Shown: positions 61,340-64,000 of the stretch, one piece after another
How positions within the stretch are numbered: the first letter of the stretch is position 1
How the letters are laid out: every line of letters begins with the position of its first letter
Source of the DNA: Phoronis australis
Lineage: Eukaryota > Animalia > Phoronida
DNA: 64,000 nucleotides
Direction of reading: 5' to 3'
NCBI GenBank assembly: GCA_002633005.1
Contig: NMRA01000058.1
Location: 629,188 to 693,187 of the forward strand
The notes under the pieces: model-generated
Told to the model about the DNA's origin: nothing
What the model saw: the letters and a program-made list of their open reading frames with translations, nothing else
Databases searched by the model: none
Position numbers and translations under genes: made by a program

Positions 61340-63499
61340 GACAAAACGTTCGCAACATAGGAAATGAAAGAAAGACTCTCTTAAATGGTGGGAATTCTAT
61401 TTTCTCAGTGACAAACTCCTTCAATAGTAATAATCATCGAGCGCCAATGCTCCGCACCTTCCCAACTTAGGAGCTCAATACTCTTGAAGACCAACTAATT
61501 AACGCCTACTTTCAAATAGAATCCCCCTCTAAACGATACGACCTTAGAGCGGACGAGTTTTTTCGTTTGCCATCTTACTATGCTGTGTGTTGGCCTGTCG
61601 TAGGACTCCAGTAAGTGAACGCCTAGTCTCTAACAAACGCTTTCCCCTAAATATAGAGGTCGCATCTGGAACACGTCTGCAAAAATAAACATTCTAGCTA
61701 TTATTAAACGCTTTGCAGTGATTATTGTACTACAAAAATAAAATCTGTCTTACCACACTAAATTAAGGGCAATTCCATTTGTGACGGACGTACAATCAGA
61801 GAACATTTTGATCATTTGTGAAAAATGTTCATCCTAAATAAATAATACATAAATTGATAGGTCTCACTGATAGCTTTCAAAGCGTGTGTCAACTTTCCCC
61901 CTATCTTTTTATCTGACTGAGAAAATTGCTTCCAAAGGGGTGTGATGGACGTACACAGAGAATTTGATTTTTTTAATTTTAACGTTAATTTTCTGTGAGT
62001 TGCGTTAAGTTCCAATTTTTGGTTTTATATGATGATTTAGTGGAATGTTTGCATAGTACAACACACTAATTTTTTTGATGATATCTTTTAGGAATTTTTG
62101 TCAGACAGGTCGATGTAAGTTGAGTTAGTATGACGGACGGACGTGACGGACGTACACTCTGAATTTCTAGTATTAAATTGTTTGTTGTGACTAAACTATC
62201 AATCCAGAATGATTCAAACTTTTGCAGTATTTAAGCTATATTGATCTTGTGCTAGTGATTCAACGTTTCTTAAATAAAATGTGCCGAATGAACTTTTGCA
62301 CGAAATCATCACAGGTAGGCCTATGCTAGGAATATACTCTAGGACTTTAACTTTTCAATACATTTGATTAAAGATATAAATCGAAAACCCTAAAATCTTT
62401 ACTTCCCTTTGAAGGTGTTAATCATTTTGCATTTGACAGCTGTTAGTTATCAGAAAAACAGTTTTTATGCGTTAAGTAATTTCAAAAGTATTAAGTAAAT
62501 GTGAGTGTCAAAATATAAAATGTGAAATAAAGTTTAAAATATTACTAATCACTGTCATAAAAACACATTTTGATTAATTGTTTTTTAAATTAGAACTCCT
62601 CTCAAGCTTGCACAAATTATTCTCTCGGCCATATCGTTGATGGTTCTGATGCATGCCAATGTAAATAATATAAGTGATGTTTTAAAAGTATTATTAACAG
62701 AACTTCACTATCTTCTTAAAACAAACTGTGAAGCATGGTTTAGTTGACAGCATCGACTTGGCATTCATATTTTGATTCAAATCACCCGTGCTGTCTTCCA
62801 GTGTGAAAACAAGACCTTTTAAATTAATTGCATTTAGGATTATGATTTAGGAATAGAGCTAACTTATCAGATGCTGGTTTCTATCTAGTGATTAGCATGA
62901 TTAGCGTTTCATCCAGATCGTTAAGTCATGCCTTTTTCAAATTTAAAGAAAGGCGTTAAATGATGTCACGTCACAGTGGGCGCAAGTACAATTATGAATT
63001 TCTTGATCCACGATGGCATTTATTTCGAGCTTCAGAGAATATTGTGGCAGATAGTTATTCTTCTTCCGGTTGCATCTGTTCTTCCCGTGAACTCCAACAA
63101 TTCCCTCTTTTGTTTCTAAATGCTGATTTAATCTCCTCGAACCTCCGTAGAAAAAATAGTCTAATTCTAAAAAGATTGTGGGATCAAAATTATGTTAGAT
63201 GAGACATTGTAACCATTTGCTTTGAAATCATTTCATACAGGCCACCCAATGACCCAAGACACTGAAAAACACAAAAAGGACGATAACAGTCAGTGAGGGT
63301 GCGACAAAAATGCTCCATAAAGCAAGTGACAGGTTGCTACAGCTTAAAAATGCCCAGTATAGACTTTTTCAACACAAAACACAACACAGCAGGTTAGAGC
63401 AGAAATAAAATGTTGGTTCCAGCGCAACCGCAACTTGACATGTATTCATTACTCTGCGCGTGTAAGCACAGAGTACTGTTGTTCCTGGGTTTTCTTCAA

Positions 63500-64000
63500 T
63501 TTTATTCTTATTCTTATTCTTCTTATTCTTATTCTTATTCTTCTTATACTTCTTCCGACCAACTTTGAGGCTTAATAACTCCAAATTGGGTGCAGGTACG
63601 GTCTTTAAAATCAGCATATGACCTTTGATAGTATATAAATTTTGATTGATTTTATAATCATATTCCATATTGCACCGGAAGGGGTCATTTGGTGCAAAGG
63701 TCATATAATTTTCAAAATGCTACTCCTCCTTCAGTTTTAAAGCTATCTTTTTCAAATTCGGTGCACAGGTAAAGGTCAACATGACAATTTAAAAAATTAC
63801 TTTTCTAAGTAATCGGGTCATCCAATCAGGTGAAACAGGTCAAAGGTCATTAGGTGCAAACTAAAATTTTGAGCTAGACACTTCAAATTAACAGGTCTGA
63901 TTGCCACAGGTAAATCAAATCGGAATCCAAAGTTTCAGGTCATTTAGTGCAAACATGGGGTCATTAGGTGCATTTTTCTTCTGAAAATTTGACCTTTTCA
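63500..64000. repeat. (ATTCTT)n microsatellite leading into a repeat element with GGTCATT(A/T)GGTGCAAA units
   Basis: Hexamer run at 63504-63547, with a recurrent motif near 63683, 63845, 63938 and 63959. Runs off the window end. Confidence 0.65.

Noticed and set aside
63369-63704. 111-aa ORF with KNKNK run
   Set aside because: The open frame is produced by the (ATTCTT)n microsatellite.

Overview
Eukaryotic genomic DNA, AT-rich, with GT-AG introns and many MITEs. It looks like an invertebrate animal, but the taxon cannot be fixed from sequence. Most of the short ORFs in the supplied track are noise. Splicing exons by hand with phase checks gives four well-supported genes. (1) A + strand type II membrane glycosyltransferase of about 806 aa (10701-17121) joining a GT12 B4GALNT1/2-like domain to a GT7 B4GALNT3/4-like domain. 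(2) A + strand 8-exon type II membrane protein of about 259 aa with a CBM-like jelly-roll domain (26725-31530), almost invisible in the ORF track. (3) A + strand RING-HC plus coiled-coil protein of about 396 aa (40494-49395). (4) A - strand 10-exon GH9 endoglucanase of about 460 aa (59360-50868) with an altered conserved DE motif. Two weaker minus-strand models exist: a gene of about 119 aa head-to-head with the RING gene, and a partial 3-exon chain at 20-22 kb. The rest is non-autonomous DNA transposons, a Tc1/mariner relic, a tRNA-derived SINE head, minisatellites and one probable assembly duplication. The main candidate novelty is the two-domain GalNAc-transferase fusion within a carbohydrate-active neighbourhood. 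Family assignments come from motifs I recognise, not from database searches.
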